Positions 21,997 to 34,151 of a stretch of DNA of 64,000 nt are shown here, one piece after another (the first letter of the stretch is position 1; each line of letters opens with the position of its first letter). Both the position numbers and the translations under genes were made by a program. The notes below the pieces were generated by a model that saw only the letters and a list, made by a program, of their open reading frames with translations, did no database searches and was not told where the DNA came from. Origin of the DNA: a virus (Duplodnaviria > Caudoviricetes); IMG/VR virus record IMGVR_UViG_3300001598_000001, positions 67,490-131,489 of that record. One strand, written 5' to 3'.

Positions 21997-24900
21997 ATGG
22001 CAGTTTATAAACCAACATATTGTTACCCTTTTTTAAACACAATTGATATTCGTTTAGGTATAACACAAGATAATAATCTTCCTTGCGAATTTTTAAAATG
22101 TAAAGTAGATTCATCTAATATAAATATTACGGGTTATAAAATTAGATTATTAGATGGTAATAACAACCAAATTTTCCCTATAGCTAACAATGGTGAAGGA
22201 TATATTTCTTCCGTTGATGGATTATCAGGTGAAAGTGGTAGCGCTATTGTACCATTTGATAGACAAGGAATAAATTCTGGATTAAACGGAACATATTTAC
22301 AAATACCTTTTTTCCAAAATTATAATCACCCAATATATTTTAAACATCCTAAAAACGAACAATCTGCTGCTGCTTATAGTTCTCATAATGCTATATATTA
22401 TCGAGGAGATTATGTGGTTGATTATGTTATAGGTTTCGACTCAGAAGATCGACAAAGCGGTGATGACGCAGCAAATCCAAATAATTGGGTAGTTAGTCCT
22501 ACAGATAATAATATACTTTACTATAAACCAAGTGTTGAAAGTGAAACTCCTTTTGATAATTTTCAAATTAATGGAGACACTCCTATTTTAGGTCAAACTA
22601 TTTTATACATAGGTCCGATATCAAATGAAGAAACATCAGAAACCCCTAATAATGAATACAATGGGGTTTATCGTTTGGGTAAAACCACTTATGAGGATAA
22701 AATTATTGTTACTTTAACCAAAGTATTTAATTTATTTCACGCTGTTGGTAAATGAAGTATTATTAATACCAGTACTTCTATTACTCCAAAAGAAGGGGTG
22801 CTTTGGAACGATTTACGTGTTGAACAAACAATTGGTCTAGACACTGGTTTAGGACAATTGCAACAATGAACATCTGGTGCATGAGCACCTGTACCTGTAG
22901 AAGATTTTTTCCAAGTTACAGACAACGTATTTACCCCTGATCGTCGTTGAAATCCACCTTCTGGTGCTATTTGGGCTAATAAAAATAATCTTTCAGAAAA
23001 CAATGATGCTTTTCGTTGGCAATATAAAAAATATTCTTCTGGATATGAATATATTACTGTTTTAAAAGGTTATATGCACAATACTATATTTAAATCATCT
23101 GGAAGTAATATGGTTAAAGATTCAACAATAGTCATGTGGGTAGATTCTGAAGGCAATGACTTGCCAGGAATTGCTTCTGATTTACGTAGTTATAAATGAG
23201 AAATAACTTTATATCAAGGCAATTATGAACCTGGTCACGAATCTAATTATAGAAGTATTCAATATACTAATATTAATCCACAATATTTAGACATGGTATT
23301 AACCAGTGGAACTATTTTAGGTTCAAGACCATCTCGTATTCAAATTGCTAGTTCAAACGAGGATAATGCAATTTTACCTGGTAACAATAAAGATACTTTA
23401 GTATTACAAACACGTTATATGCAATTGTATAATTTTGCACCTACAGACAATAATCCTGAAAATTTATCTAATATTGGTAACAGGTTTTATGTATCATCTT
23501 ATGATTCTGCCTATGGACATGTTTATCCATTAGAAGGTAGTATTGATGGTAATATTTTATCGAACATTACTTCTCCTGGTAACGGAAGATGTCAATTTTT
23601 CAAGCATTCAAATGATCCAACTGCTATTTTAGATGGCGAAATTGTAGATTATTGTATTGATATTGATAATAAAAACATTGTCTTTAAAGGATGAGAAGAT
23701 CAAAGTGTTACTAGTGCTCGTTTAGTACCTGTTAATCCTAATGATGCAACTTCTCCTGATGTTACTTTATCTACTTATGGTTTAGGTTATACAGTTAAAA
23801 CAGGCGATCGTGTTTTACTTATTAATCAAACTAATCCAGAACAAAATGGAGTTTATAGAGTTAATATTGAAAAAACTGGTTCTGGATCGGCTGTTACTGA
23901 TTATACAGGATGATCTAGAGATGCTTCTTACGACTCATGGGGCAAGTATTTAGGAGCGATTATTTATGATCGCTATACTCATAAAAATTATGAATCTTTA
24001 GCTAATTCTGGTGGCACTTTATGAAATCCTAAAGCACAAGGTAGTGGAGATTCTTATTTATTCTTCTCTGAAGAAAAACCTATTATCTTGTTTAATGATA
24101 AAATTAAAACTGTTGTTACTTTTCTAGGAACTTTAAAAGAACCTACTATTGACAGTATAAAAGTTCAAACTGGAAATAGATTATTAATTAATGAAAATGG
24201 CCAATGAAAAATTTATACCGCAACAGTAAATGAATCTATAACACCAAGTACTGTTGATTGAACTGAAGATCAAAGTGCAAAAATTACTAATACTGATTAT
24301 ATTCAAATTACCGATGGTCGAGTATATGGTCATAATATTGTTCAAAATGGTGTTGTTACAGACGCTTTAAGTACAGCATGTGTATTACAAAATACAGTAA
24401 ACTATACTTATATTTCACCTTATATTAGTATTACTAAAAACATGTATTTAAAAATAATTGGACATAATATTGATTATGCTAATAAAACACCAAGTGCATG
24501 GTTAAAAATTAATGATATTGATACTAAGATATGAAGAATTAAACACGATACATTGTCTCAACCATTATTATCATATAGTAATGAAGATAATAATATACCT
24601 TATAAATATGAAGTTCGTTCATATTTTAAAGTTTCAGATGAGAACCCAGTATATTTTTATGAGACACCATATTTAACTATAGAAATCAATGGTAAAAACG
24701 GTGAGTTGTTAACTGGTACTACTTATGGACCTTTATTAACTGCTGAGCAATTAGATACTTATGCAGTTCTTGAAGGTGGAGAAATATATAATCCTTTTTA
24801 TACTATTATTTATTTATCAAAAGCAAATGTTAATGGTCGAGCTGTTCGTTTAACTGCTCATTATACTCAGTTTGAATCAATTTCTTGGGAAAATTATCGC

Positions 24901-26544
24901 TGAGTTTTATTAGATTCTAATGGTAATATTTTACAAGATACAGGTAAACGCTATGATAAAAATATGGAAGTTATTTTCTATGGTTTATCTAATGATCATG
25001 TTAATTCAAATAATAATTATTATAGTGTTATTTATGTAGAAGACAACGCAGGTAATATATTACGTTATACTTTGAAATTAGTAATTACGCCTCCACAAAA
25101 TACTGGAGACAATCTTGTACCATTTACAGCATGTTTTGATCAAGCTACTCATTCAGTTAAATTAAATTATCAAGATTATTATTTAACTTTACCTACTGTA
25201 AAAGATAGTGAAAAAGCTTTTATTAATGATCAAAGCGAATTATTTAGACAAGATAAAAGTATTATTTATGAAACAGATAAAATTTTAGATAATGATGTGT
25301 CATATATGAAAATTACTCATTATCAAGCTGATACTGGAGTTCCTATTTATTTTGGAAATTTAGGTGAAGATTATCAAAGTTCATATAATACTTCATTGGG
25401 TCTTGCTAATTTTAAAGGAATTAATTATCAATATGGTTTTGTAAGAAATGAATATACTATTGACCCAAATTATGTTTTAACTTTATCAGGCGATGATAAT
25501 GGTCAATTATATTATCAAACTGAAATTGAGCTCAATGATAATTATTGTGGTCAAATTTTTGATTTATCAATAGATAAAAGTGAAAACAGTCCAACTAAAT
25601 TACATTTAATTACATTTTTACCTGATAATTTTAGTGATGATGTTAATAACGAATTAAATTCTTTGAGAAATCAAATTGGGTTATTTGTAGACACTACTGA
25701 AGCTGATAATATTACAATTGATTTTGATCGTGCTCAATATAGCAACGATTTAAATTTATTTAATATTAATACTGAAGATGCTGTTCCATATTATTATTTA
25801 CAACCATCAACTGCTACAGTTAATATAGAAAAAGGTGAATTTTTACATTATAACTTAAGTGATTTTGATTCTAGTGATGAAATTATTAAAAATAAAAATT
25901 TATACATTTTGGGTCAAAATGATAGTAAATTTAATTCTGAAATATTAAATGGACAAACTTTTAGTAATATTAATATATATAATAGTGCTACTAAATTTTT
26001 TGGAAATTTAAATTTAATTTGTGAAAATGACGTACCTGATAATTATTTTATATTAAACAATAATAATAAAAATATATCTAATATAAGTACAAATGCTCCT
26101 TCATATTGAATGGAAAATAATAAATATATTATTATGGATTCAAATCAATATATGGGTCAAAATAATAACGATAATATTTTCCTAAATTATGAAGTTACTG
26201 ATACAGATGGAAATATATGGCCAAGCTCTAATGAAGAAAACTATTATTGGAATGAAAATAGTGAAACAATTACACCTAATCTTAATGCACCTAGTATTAA
26301 AAAATTTTTATTAAATTCTAATAAAGATGAGACTAGCGTTGTTCAAATGATACCTTATGCTCGTCATAATGGTTTGCATAATAAAACAATAAGTTTTATA
26401 GTAAAACTTTATGATGTTCGACAAATTTGTAATTTATTAGATGCTGGTACTTGCGATATTGTTTATGAAAACAATAAATTTATAATTAGCGATGCTAGCA
26501 ATAATAAAGAATTAGGTGTTTGTATTATACAAATTAATATATAA
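21997..26544 (+). CDS. Large tail/baseplate structural protein, 1515 aa (TGA=Trp)
   Basis: Five track ORFs in one frame; AAGGAGG RBS; follows TMP; contains GDRVLLINQTNPEQNGVY fibre-type motif. Confidence 0.75.
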
Positions 26545-26558
26545 GGAGGACAAGAATA

Positions 26559-27728
26559 ATGGCAAATATGCGAAAAGTTAAATTAACATTATCTAATGTT
26601 TCTTCTAGTATGTATCACGATGGTCAACTTAAAAGTTTATATAATTATTTATGAAACGATGCTGATGCTGACCAAATTATTAGTGGAATCACAAATTCGA
26701 ATGGTAAGTATATAAAAAATACTAATTACGAATCATTGATTTCACAATCATCTAATAAAAGTCCTATTATATTAAATTATCAAAAAGACGAAGCACATAA
26801 TATTGATTTATATGGTGGCTATGTTCAAAATAATTATAATACTGGCATGTATATGAGTTATTATCGTCGTGAATATGATAAATATACTTATGACGGTAAT
26901 AACTTTGAAGAATATAAAGGTGAATGAGAACCAGTAGCAGTTAAATTTTCTAATGGATATTTTAGAGATTTTAATATTAAAAACGATCATATTTATCAAT
27001 ATATTGCTTATAATCACATTAGTTTAGAACCTAATGTGATAGAAACAGATGTTATACAAATTTTTGCTAATAATATAGATCCTCAACAATCAGCTTTGTT
27101 TGGAGAGCCTGTGTTTTGCAAATGAAATGAATGAAGTATTATTGAATTGTTACCTGTCGAGAATCCTATCGATGCTCCAATAGTTAAAAAAGCTTATAAA
27201 GCTAATTTAGATCAACTATGATTATTTAAATACGATCTTCAAGTTGGACCTCAAACTCAGAATATTTCTCGAAATGATATTCAAACATTAGGTCAATTTA
27301 ATAAATTAGGTTATAGTGAACAGAATTTTATTTCTGGGGATGTAACCGCATTAATGGGTTCAGAAATTGTTGCTTGAAATAAACAAGTATATACTGAGCG
27401 ACTATGGCGTAGTCGTGAGAATCCATTATCTACCAATGAAAAAGTAAAAATGTTAGAACAATGAAGAAAACTTGTTGCTTCTAAAAATCCTAAATTATTA
27501 AAAGATATGAAGGGACAAAGTTGAATTGTTCAAATCGTTGGTAGTTCAAATACGCCAAAAAATGGTTATTATCAACAACCAGATTCAATAAGTTTTCAAT
27601 GAAAGCAAATAGAGTCTTTAGATCACGTAATTATTTATGGAGATTCTGTTGATATTCCTAAATCTGGATGTTCTAATTCAAAAAAATATACTTCTTTTTA
27701 TCGCAATCCTTCCTGTTGTCAAAAATAA
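26559..27728 (+). CDS. Putative tail protein, 389 aa (TGA=Trp)
   Basis: TAAGGAGG RBS; frame open through TGAs to TAA 27726-27728; LLKDMKGQSWIV near C-terminus; position in tail module. Confidence 0.7.
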
Positions 27729-27831
27729 AGAAGTTAATATAAAACAGGAATATTTTTAAATATAAAAATAAGATGGATAGAAAGTTTGCGATTAGAAATA
27801 AAAGGTTTAGAATTTAATAAGGAGGATACTT

Positions 27832-29871
27832 ATGGACAATATAATATTACACCATGGTTTTGATGCTAAAACAAAAATTACGATGGCCAGTGGTTCTCGT
27901 AAGAATATTGAAAATTTAGTTGTTGGTGATAAAATTAAATCTTATGATATTCAAACTGGTGAAAACTCCATTGGTGAAGTAATGAATGTCACACGACAAA
28001 TATGTCCAAATGTAGTCAAGTTTGTTTTTGAGTCTAAAGAATTAATAGGATGTAGAGACACTTTGTTTAGAATAGATGAACAATGAAAACAAATAGAAAT
28101 TGGCGATTTGGAATTAAAAGAAATTATTATTTTAGAAGAACAAGAACTAATTGAGTTAACTGTTGAGCCTAACCATAATTATTATGTAAATGGTTTGTTG
28201 GTTCATAATAGTGGCGAACCATCTCCAAACGATGTTGTCAGTAAAAAAATTCAATTAAAAAATCGTAGTGGAGAAATTTTATTTCCAACTACAAAATTAG
28301 AATTAGTTGAAGGTTTATTATCAGCTTTGACAGGAAAACAACCTACATTAGATTTTCAAACACCTTATACTCAAGTAGGTAGTAAAAATAAAATACCTCA
28401 AATTACGACTAATAATTTAGGACAAGTTACTAGTATTACTGAAATAGAAATTGAAGGTGGGGGTGGTGGTACTCCTAGTAGTTATCTTAAAAATGCTTTT
28501 GTCAATCAAAGCGATAATTCTTTAGTTGTAGTTAAGCAAGATGACTCATCAGTTACATTTATTCCTACAGATACTAATACTATTACTACTCTTGTAGAAG
28601 GCAATGATATTAAAATTGTTGATTCTGGAACAGATGGAAATCATAATTATACCATTGGTACTGTTGGTCTTGGTACTTTTGCTAAAAAAAGTAGTTTAGC
28701 TAGTACTGAACTTACCGATACCAATAATTTAATACGTAAGAACGATAATGTTTCGGAATTGACTAACGATGCTGGATATTTATCTAGTGTTTCAAAAACC
28801 GATATTGGTTTAGGTAATGTTGAAAATAAATCAAGTACCACTATTAGAAGTGAAATTACTTCACAAAACGTTATTGATGCTTTAGGATACACACCTTTAG
28901 AGGTACATAATCCAATTGATAATGAATTAAAAAGTGATTCTGTTAATGCTGTTCAAAATAGAATTATTAAAAGTGAATTAGATGGTATTAGAGAAATTGC
29001 CTCTGGCAAATCAAAGAATTATGTTATTTCTGATGAAGATAATATTACTGGAGAAGAGACTGATGAAGGTTATATTAATGTAACGGCTATTACAGGTATT
29101 GGTTCTTCTTATGCTGAATTATCTCAAAAATTAAAAATAGGAGATAATATTTATGTCACTAATATTTTACAACCTGATTTTTGGGTTTCTCAAATTAACT
29201 CAAGTATTAGTTTACACGTTTTAGAAATTGCTAAACAAAGTGTTAGTGGAGTTACAGTTAATGGTCGTAATGTTGTTGGATCAGATAATATTGCTGCTAT
29301 TACTGGTTTAATTGAAACTGTTCAAGCCACAGGTGGTGCTCATATTGGAGATAAAGGTACACCATCAGTTTCTTTAACCACTTCTGGAGGAGTTGCTACT
29401 CTTACATTTAATTATTTAAAAGGTGAAGATGGTGCTCAAGGAAATGCTGGAACAATTACTAGTGCTACAGCTACTGTAGATTACAACGATGGTACACCAA
29501 GTGCCGATGTTACATTAGGTGGTACTCCAGAAGCACGTACAATGCAATTTAATTTTCATAACATTAGTAAAAATATTGGTGTTTCTGTTAATGATGAAGT
29601 TTTAAATTTAACAGCGGGCAGCCATTTAGAAGGTATTGTGGTTCCAGCTACAACAACTGCTGGACGAGTATTAATGTCTACAACTACCAGTGGTGCTGCT
29701 GTATGAGGTTCGGTTGGAGGAGGAAATATTATTTCTGGTAGTGGTGCTCCTAGTGGAACTCCAAGCCCAGCTGTATATCCAACTATTTATATTGACACTA
29801 CTAATAAAGTTTTATATTATTGTATATCTGGAAGTACTTGAGTTGCTTTAGGTGCACACTGGTTGGCATAA
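27832..29871 (+). CDS. Hint-domain-capped tail fibre-like protein, 679 aa (TGA=Trp)
   Basis: N-terminal [27 protein letters not shown]...[13 protein letters not shown] Hint motifs; downstream fibre motifs ([24 protein letters not shown], short collagen-like KGEDGAQG). Confidence 0.8.
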
Positions 29872-29899
29872 TATAATATAGATTAGGAGGTGCAAATAT

Positions 29900-31060
29900 A
29901 TGAGTAAAATTATTGTTAGTTATTATAATAATATTCGAACCAAAATTCTTAATGAATTGCAACGAAGAACTAGTCTATATAATGTTGGATTAGATCTTAC
30001 TATGCCTCCCCAAGCCGTAGACAATACTAAATTGACTTTTTTACAAGGTCAGTTAAACAATAAATTAACCCAGGTTGCTACAGTTCCAGGAATTACAAAT
30101 GATCCTCAAATTACAAAATCTATTGAACCTTTACAAACCAAAGTAGATCAATTATCTAATATTGCTATCACTGCAGCTTCAGGTGGTTGTAACGCTGGTT
30201 GTGTTGGTTTATGTGCTGGCGGATGTTTAAATACATGTGTCAGTGGATGTTCTGGATCATGTTCAGGATGTGGAGGAAATTGTACTTCTTCATGTTCGGC
30301 TGTTTGTAAAACTGGATGTCAAGGTTGCTCTCACTCTTGTGAAAGTAATTGTACAGGATGCAGTGGATGTGGAAATGCATGTGATGGTTCATGTACAGGA
30401 AACTGTGGAGCACGTTGCTCCAGTAGTTGTGGTAGCAGTTGTTCACTAAACTGTGGCACTGGCTGTGGTGGATGTGCATCTACTTGTAGTAAAAGCTGTG
30501 GAAATGCTTGTAGTGCAAGCTGTTATCAAGGCTGCGGTGGATCTTGTGGTGATAACTGCGGTGGATCTTGTGGTGGATCCTGTTCAAGTTGTTCGGCCAA
30601 CTGTAAGGGTGGTTGCGGATTTTTCTGCTCTGGTGGTTGCGCTAGTGGATGTGCTAGCTGTGCAGGCGGATGCGATGGTGGATGTACAGGATGTCAAGGT
30701 TGCGGAGGAACTTGTTCAGGTTCGTGTACAGGAACTTGTGGTACTGGATGTAGCGGAAGTTGTCAAGGATGTAGTGGATGCAATGGATGTTCTAGTGGAT
30801 GTTATACTGGGTGTTCAGGTTGCACTAGTGGATGTAGTGGATATTGTAGTGCTACTTGTTCAGCTTGTAATGGCTGTACTGGAACTTGTCATGGTACATG
30901 TGTCCAAGCATGTAATGGTTGCACTGGTTGTGGTAGCAGCTGTGCAAACGTATGTGGTGCTAACTGTACAGGCGGATGTTCTACTAGTTGTTCAGCAACT
31001 TGTGGTGCCAACTGTGCAGGATATTGTTCTACTACTTGTACAGGCAGTGCTAAGAATTAA
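29900..31060 (+). CDS. Cys-rich CXXX-repeat protein, 386 aa; predicted radical-SAM substrate
   Basis: 96-aa Cys-free N-terminus ending SGG, then 76 Cys all spaced Cxx or Cxxx; AGGAGG RBS. Confidence 0.9.
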   Translation: MSKIIVSYYNNIRTKILNELQRRTSLYNVGLDLTMPPQAVDNTKLTFLQGQLNNKLTQVATVPGITNDPQITKSIEPLQTKVDQLSNIAITAASGGCNAGCVGLCAGGCLNTCVSGCSGSCSGCGGNCTSSCSAVCKTGCQGCSHSCESNCTGCSGCGNACDGSCTGNCGARCSSSCGSSCSLNCGTGCGGCASTCSKSCGNACSASCYQGCGGSCGDNCGGSCGGSCSSCSANCKGGCGFFCSGGCASGCASCAGGCDGGCTGCQGCGGTCSGSCTGTCGTGCSGSCQGCSGCNGCSSGCYTGCSGCTSGCSGYCSATCSACNGCTGTCHGTCVQACNGCTGCGSSCANVCGANCTGGCSTSCSATCGANCAGYCSTTCTGSAKN

Positions 31061-31074
31061 AAGGAGAATCAGAT

Positions 31075-31395
31075 ATGGAATTAAAAGAATGTTGTTCACA
31101 GTCAAATCATTGTAATACAACAATATATACAATGAAAATAGATAGTGGTTTTAGAGATTATATACAATCTATTTGATGGCTATATGATAAAAATTGTAGA
31201 AACATTGCTGATTGTATTTTTTATAATATTGATTATACATTATATTCAGAAGAATTAAAAGAATTATTATGTACTAAACGTTATATAACATGATTAATTA
31301 GTTCTATGTTACAAAAAAATAATCCAGAATTATCACCAGATGTTTTATGAAAAATTGATTTTGCTGAAAGTGAGGTTATAGTTTATGGCTTATAA
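31075..31395 (+). CDS. Small CXXX-system accessory-like protein, 106 aa (TGA=Trp), absent from ORF track
   Basis: AAGGAG RBS; ends LWKIDFAESEVIVYGL, a W-x-I-D-F terminal pattern like TIGR04116-type proteins; overlaps rSAM start. Confidence 0.65.
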
Positions 31396-32791
31396 TAGAA
31401 TAAAAAACGAACAATTTCAAGATATGATCGCAAGATTATTTCCAGAACATAATATACAAAATTCTATTACATGTGAAGGATGTAATGATCAAAAACATTT
31501 GGTAAGACCAGTAACTTTTCAAGTTACAGACGCATGTAATCTTAGATGTAAATATTGTTATCAAATTAATAAACAACATCACAAAATGCCTTTTGAAGTG
31601 GCTAAAAAGTTTATTGATATGTTATTATCATATAAAACTTGTGAAGATAATCCATATATAAATTGTGAAAATACTCCAGGAATTTCAATAGAATTTATTG
31701 GAGGAGAACCTTGATTAGAAATTGATTTAATTGATCAAATTACTGATTATTTTATTAAAAGAATGTTGGAATTACATCATCCTTGGGCTACAAAATATAT
31801 GATTAGTATTTGTTCCAATGGTATATTACACATGGAACCAAAAGTACAAGCCTATTTAAAAAAACATAAAGATCGCTTATCTTATTCTATTACTATAGAT
31901 GGGGATAAAGCGTTACATGATTCGGCTAGAGTTTTTGAAGATGGTGTTACAGGTTCTTATGATATTGCTATAAAAGGTGTAGAAAATTGATTGTCAATGG
32001 GAGGAAAAATGGGGTCAAAAATTACATTAGCTCCACAAAATATTGATAAAACTTTTTCAGCTGTTAAACATTTTATAGAATATGGTTATGACGATATTAA
32101 TATTAATTGCGTTTATGAAGAAGGTTGAACCCTTGAACACGCTAAAACACTATATAATGAATTAAAAAAAGTAGCAGATTATATGTTAGATAAAAATATA
32201 GTTAATGATATACGTTTAGCAATGTTTGAAGAAACTTTCTTTAAACCAAAAGCCGAAGATGATATTAATACTTGATGCGGAGGTAATGCATCAATGATCT
32301 CTGTAGATTGAAAAGGAGATATTTATCCATGTATTAGATATATGGAATCATCTTTAGGTTCAAGTAGAGAGCCAATTATTGTTGGCAATGTTGATGAAGG
32401 ATTGGTTACAAAACCAGAATGAGAAGAAATTATGAATTCTATGCGTGCTGTAACCAGACGAACACAAAATACAGACGAATGTTTTTACTGTCCAATTGCT
32501 GCTGGATGTTCAGATTGTCAAGCATATAATTATCAAATGTATGGAACTCTTAATCATAGAGCAACATTTATTTGTTGTATGCACAAAGCTAGAGCATTAG
32601 CAAATGTTTATTTTTGAAACAAATGATATAAACAATCGAATGAAAACAAACGTTTTCACAATTATGTACCTGATGATTGAGCTTTGGAAATTATTGATCA
32701 AACAGAATTAGACATGTTAAAACAACTAGAAAATGATATTCAAGATCGTCCTATTATTAATGACGATCCTACTATAAAAAAGGAGAATTAA
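31385..32791 (+). CDS. Radical SAM/SPASM peptide maturase, CXXX-repeat target type (TIGR04115-like), 468 aa (TGA=Trp)
   Basis: CNLRCKYC; IEFIGGEP; SPASM motifs WCGG...GDIYPC...CFYCPIAAGCSDC...ATFICCMHKARALAN. Confidence 0.9.
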
Positions 32792-32793
32792 AT

Positions 32794-33045
32794 ATGTTAG
32801 TATTTGATAAAGAACGTGTAATGCAATATTTTAAAAATCACACAGTTGAATTAATTATCCATAATAACACTTTAGAAGATGTTGAAAAATTATGTAATCA
32901 ATTAGAAGGATTAGAAGCAGAATTGGTTCTACTTCGTCATGATGATTTAACTGATGAAAATATTTATGTATATTGTGTTGCACATAATAATATAGATTAT
33001 TTAATTCCTATGAATAAAAAAGATATTTTTCTTAAAGAAAAATAA
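32794..33045 (+). CDS. Hypothetical protein, 83 aa, in rSAM operon
   Basis: AAGGAG RBS, abuts rSAM stop. Confidence 0.65.
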   Translation: MLVFDKERVMQYFKNHTVELIIHNNTLEDVEKLCNQLEGLEAELVLLRHDDLTDENIYVYCVAHNNIDYLIPMNKKDIFLKEK

Positions 33046-33090
33046 TCATATAAAAAATAATTAAACAGAATGTTAAAAGGAGAAAAAAAT

Positions 33091-33387
33091 ATGGAAAAAA
33101 GAATAGAAGTTGTTGAAGTAGATGTAGAATTAGCTAATGCATGTGAAGAAGCAGATTATGAATATAATTCTAAAAAAGATGTTATTGCCACTTATATTAA
33201 TAGTGGTTTAGATACTTCTTTGCCTACTTTTATTAAATATCAAGAAGAATTACAAGCTGCTTATAAAAAATTTATGGCTGCAAAAAGTGCGGTTGAACAA
33301 AAATATATTTTATCTAAATATAAAGATTGCACAGTTACTTGAAGTTTAAATTATGCAACAAATGAGTTAACTCTTACTATTTTATAA
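33091..33387 (+). CDS. Second CXXX-system accessory-like protein, 98 aa (TGA=Trp)
   Basis: AAAGGAG RBS before 33091; helical body then VTWSLNYATNELTLTIL, same terminal pattern as 31075 gene. Confidence 0.7.
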
Positions 33388-33423
33388 TTTTTCTAATCAA
33401 TATATATAAGGAGCTGATAAATA

Positions 33424-33630
33424 ATGGCTAAAATAAGACAAATTAATGTTAACGGAATTACTTATGATGTTAGTCAAGATGTAGATTTAATTTACAGCCC
33501 TACATCTAGCAATCCACAAAGCGGACAAGCTGTGGCAGGAGCTATTTCTACTAAAGCAGATAAAAGTCAGCTGGGAACACAAGTAATTTATGATATAGTA
33601 GATGGAACATTAAAAATTACAACTAAATAA
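33424..33630 (+). CDS. Small tail fibre-associated protein, 68 aa
   Basis: TAAGGAG RBS; SSNPQSGQAV motif; C-terminal GTLKITTK shared with 38042 gene. Confidence 0.7.
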   Translation: MAKIRQINVNGITYDVSQDVDLIYSPTSSNPQSGQAVAGAISTKADKSQLGTQVIYDIVDGTLKITTK

Positions 33631-33788
33631 ATATATATGAAATACCCATATATAATTAATTATTTTATATGGGAAAAATAAATAATATAATATTTTATTT
33701 AAGAACGAGTAGTAAATGTTTATATTATTTAATAGATATACTTTAATAGTATATACAAGGACTAAATAAAAGGAGGAGTAAAGTATAT

Positions 33789-34148
33789 ATGGCAAATAGA
33801 AATATATACAAAAAAGGCGGTGGAGGAGGACTCGGAAGCTACATAATAGTCATAAAACGAACAGGTACGGGTTCTGCTTTTGAAACAGAAACTCCTTGAA
33901 GAAAAGTTTTAGATTCTTATGCTAATGCCGAGACTCTATATCTATCCGTTGTTGAGTTAGATGATTCTTTTCGAGTCTTAAATGTAGACTACGTAAGAGC
34001 AAACAATCAACTCAAATTATTAGCCTTGGATTCTGAAAGAAATAAATTATATACTTTAACTTCAGATAGACAAGGTTGGCTATCCATCACAGAAACCGAC
34101 GCCGGGGGTGGAAGCATATCGGGCGATATAACATATGAGGAGATATAA
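33789..34148 (+). CDS. Hypothetical tail-module protein, 119 aa (TGA=Trp), absent from ORF track
   Basis: AAGGAGG RBS; MANRNI...ITYEEI mirrors both termini of the next gene. Confidence 0.6.
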
Positions 34149-34151
34149 AAT

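Noticed and set aside
30237-31115. Val-rich alternate-frame ORFs 30237-30449 and 30453-31115, and antisense 30240-30479
   Set aside because: Shadows of the TGT/GGT-rich Cys repeat; no RBS
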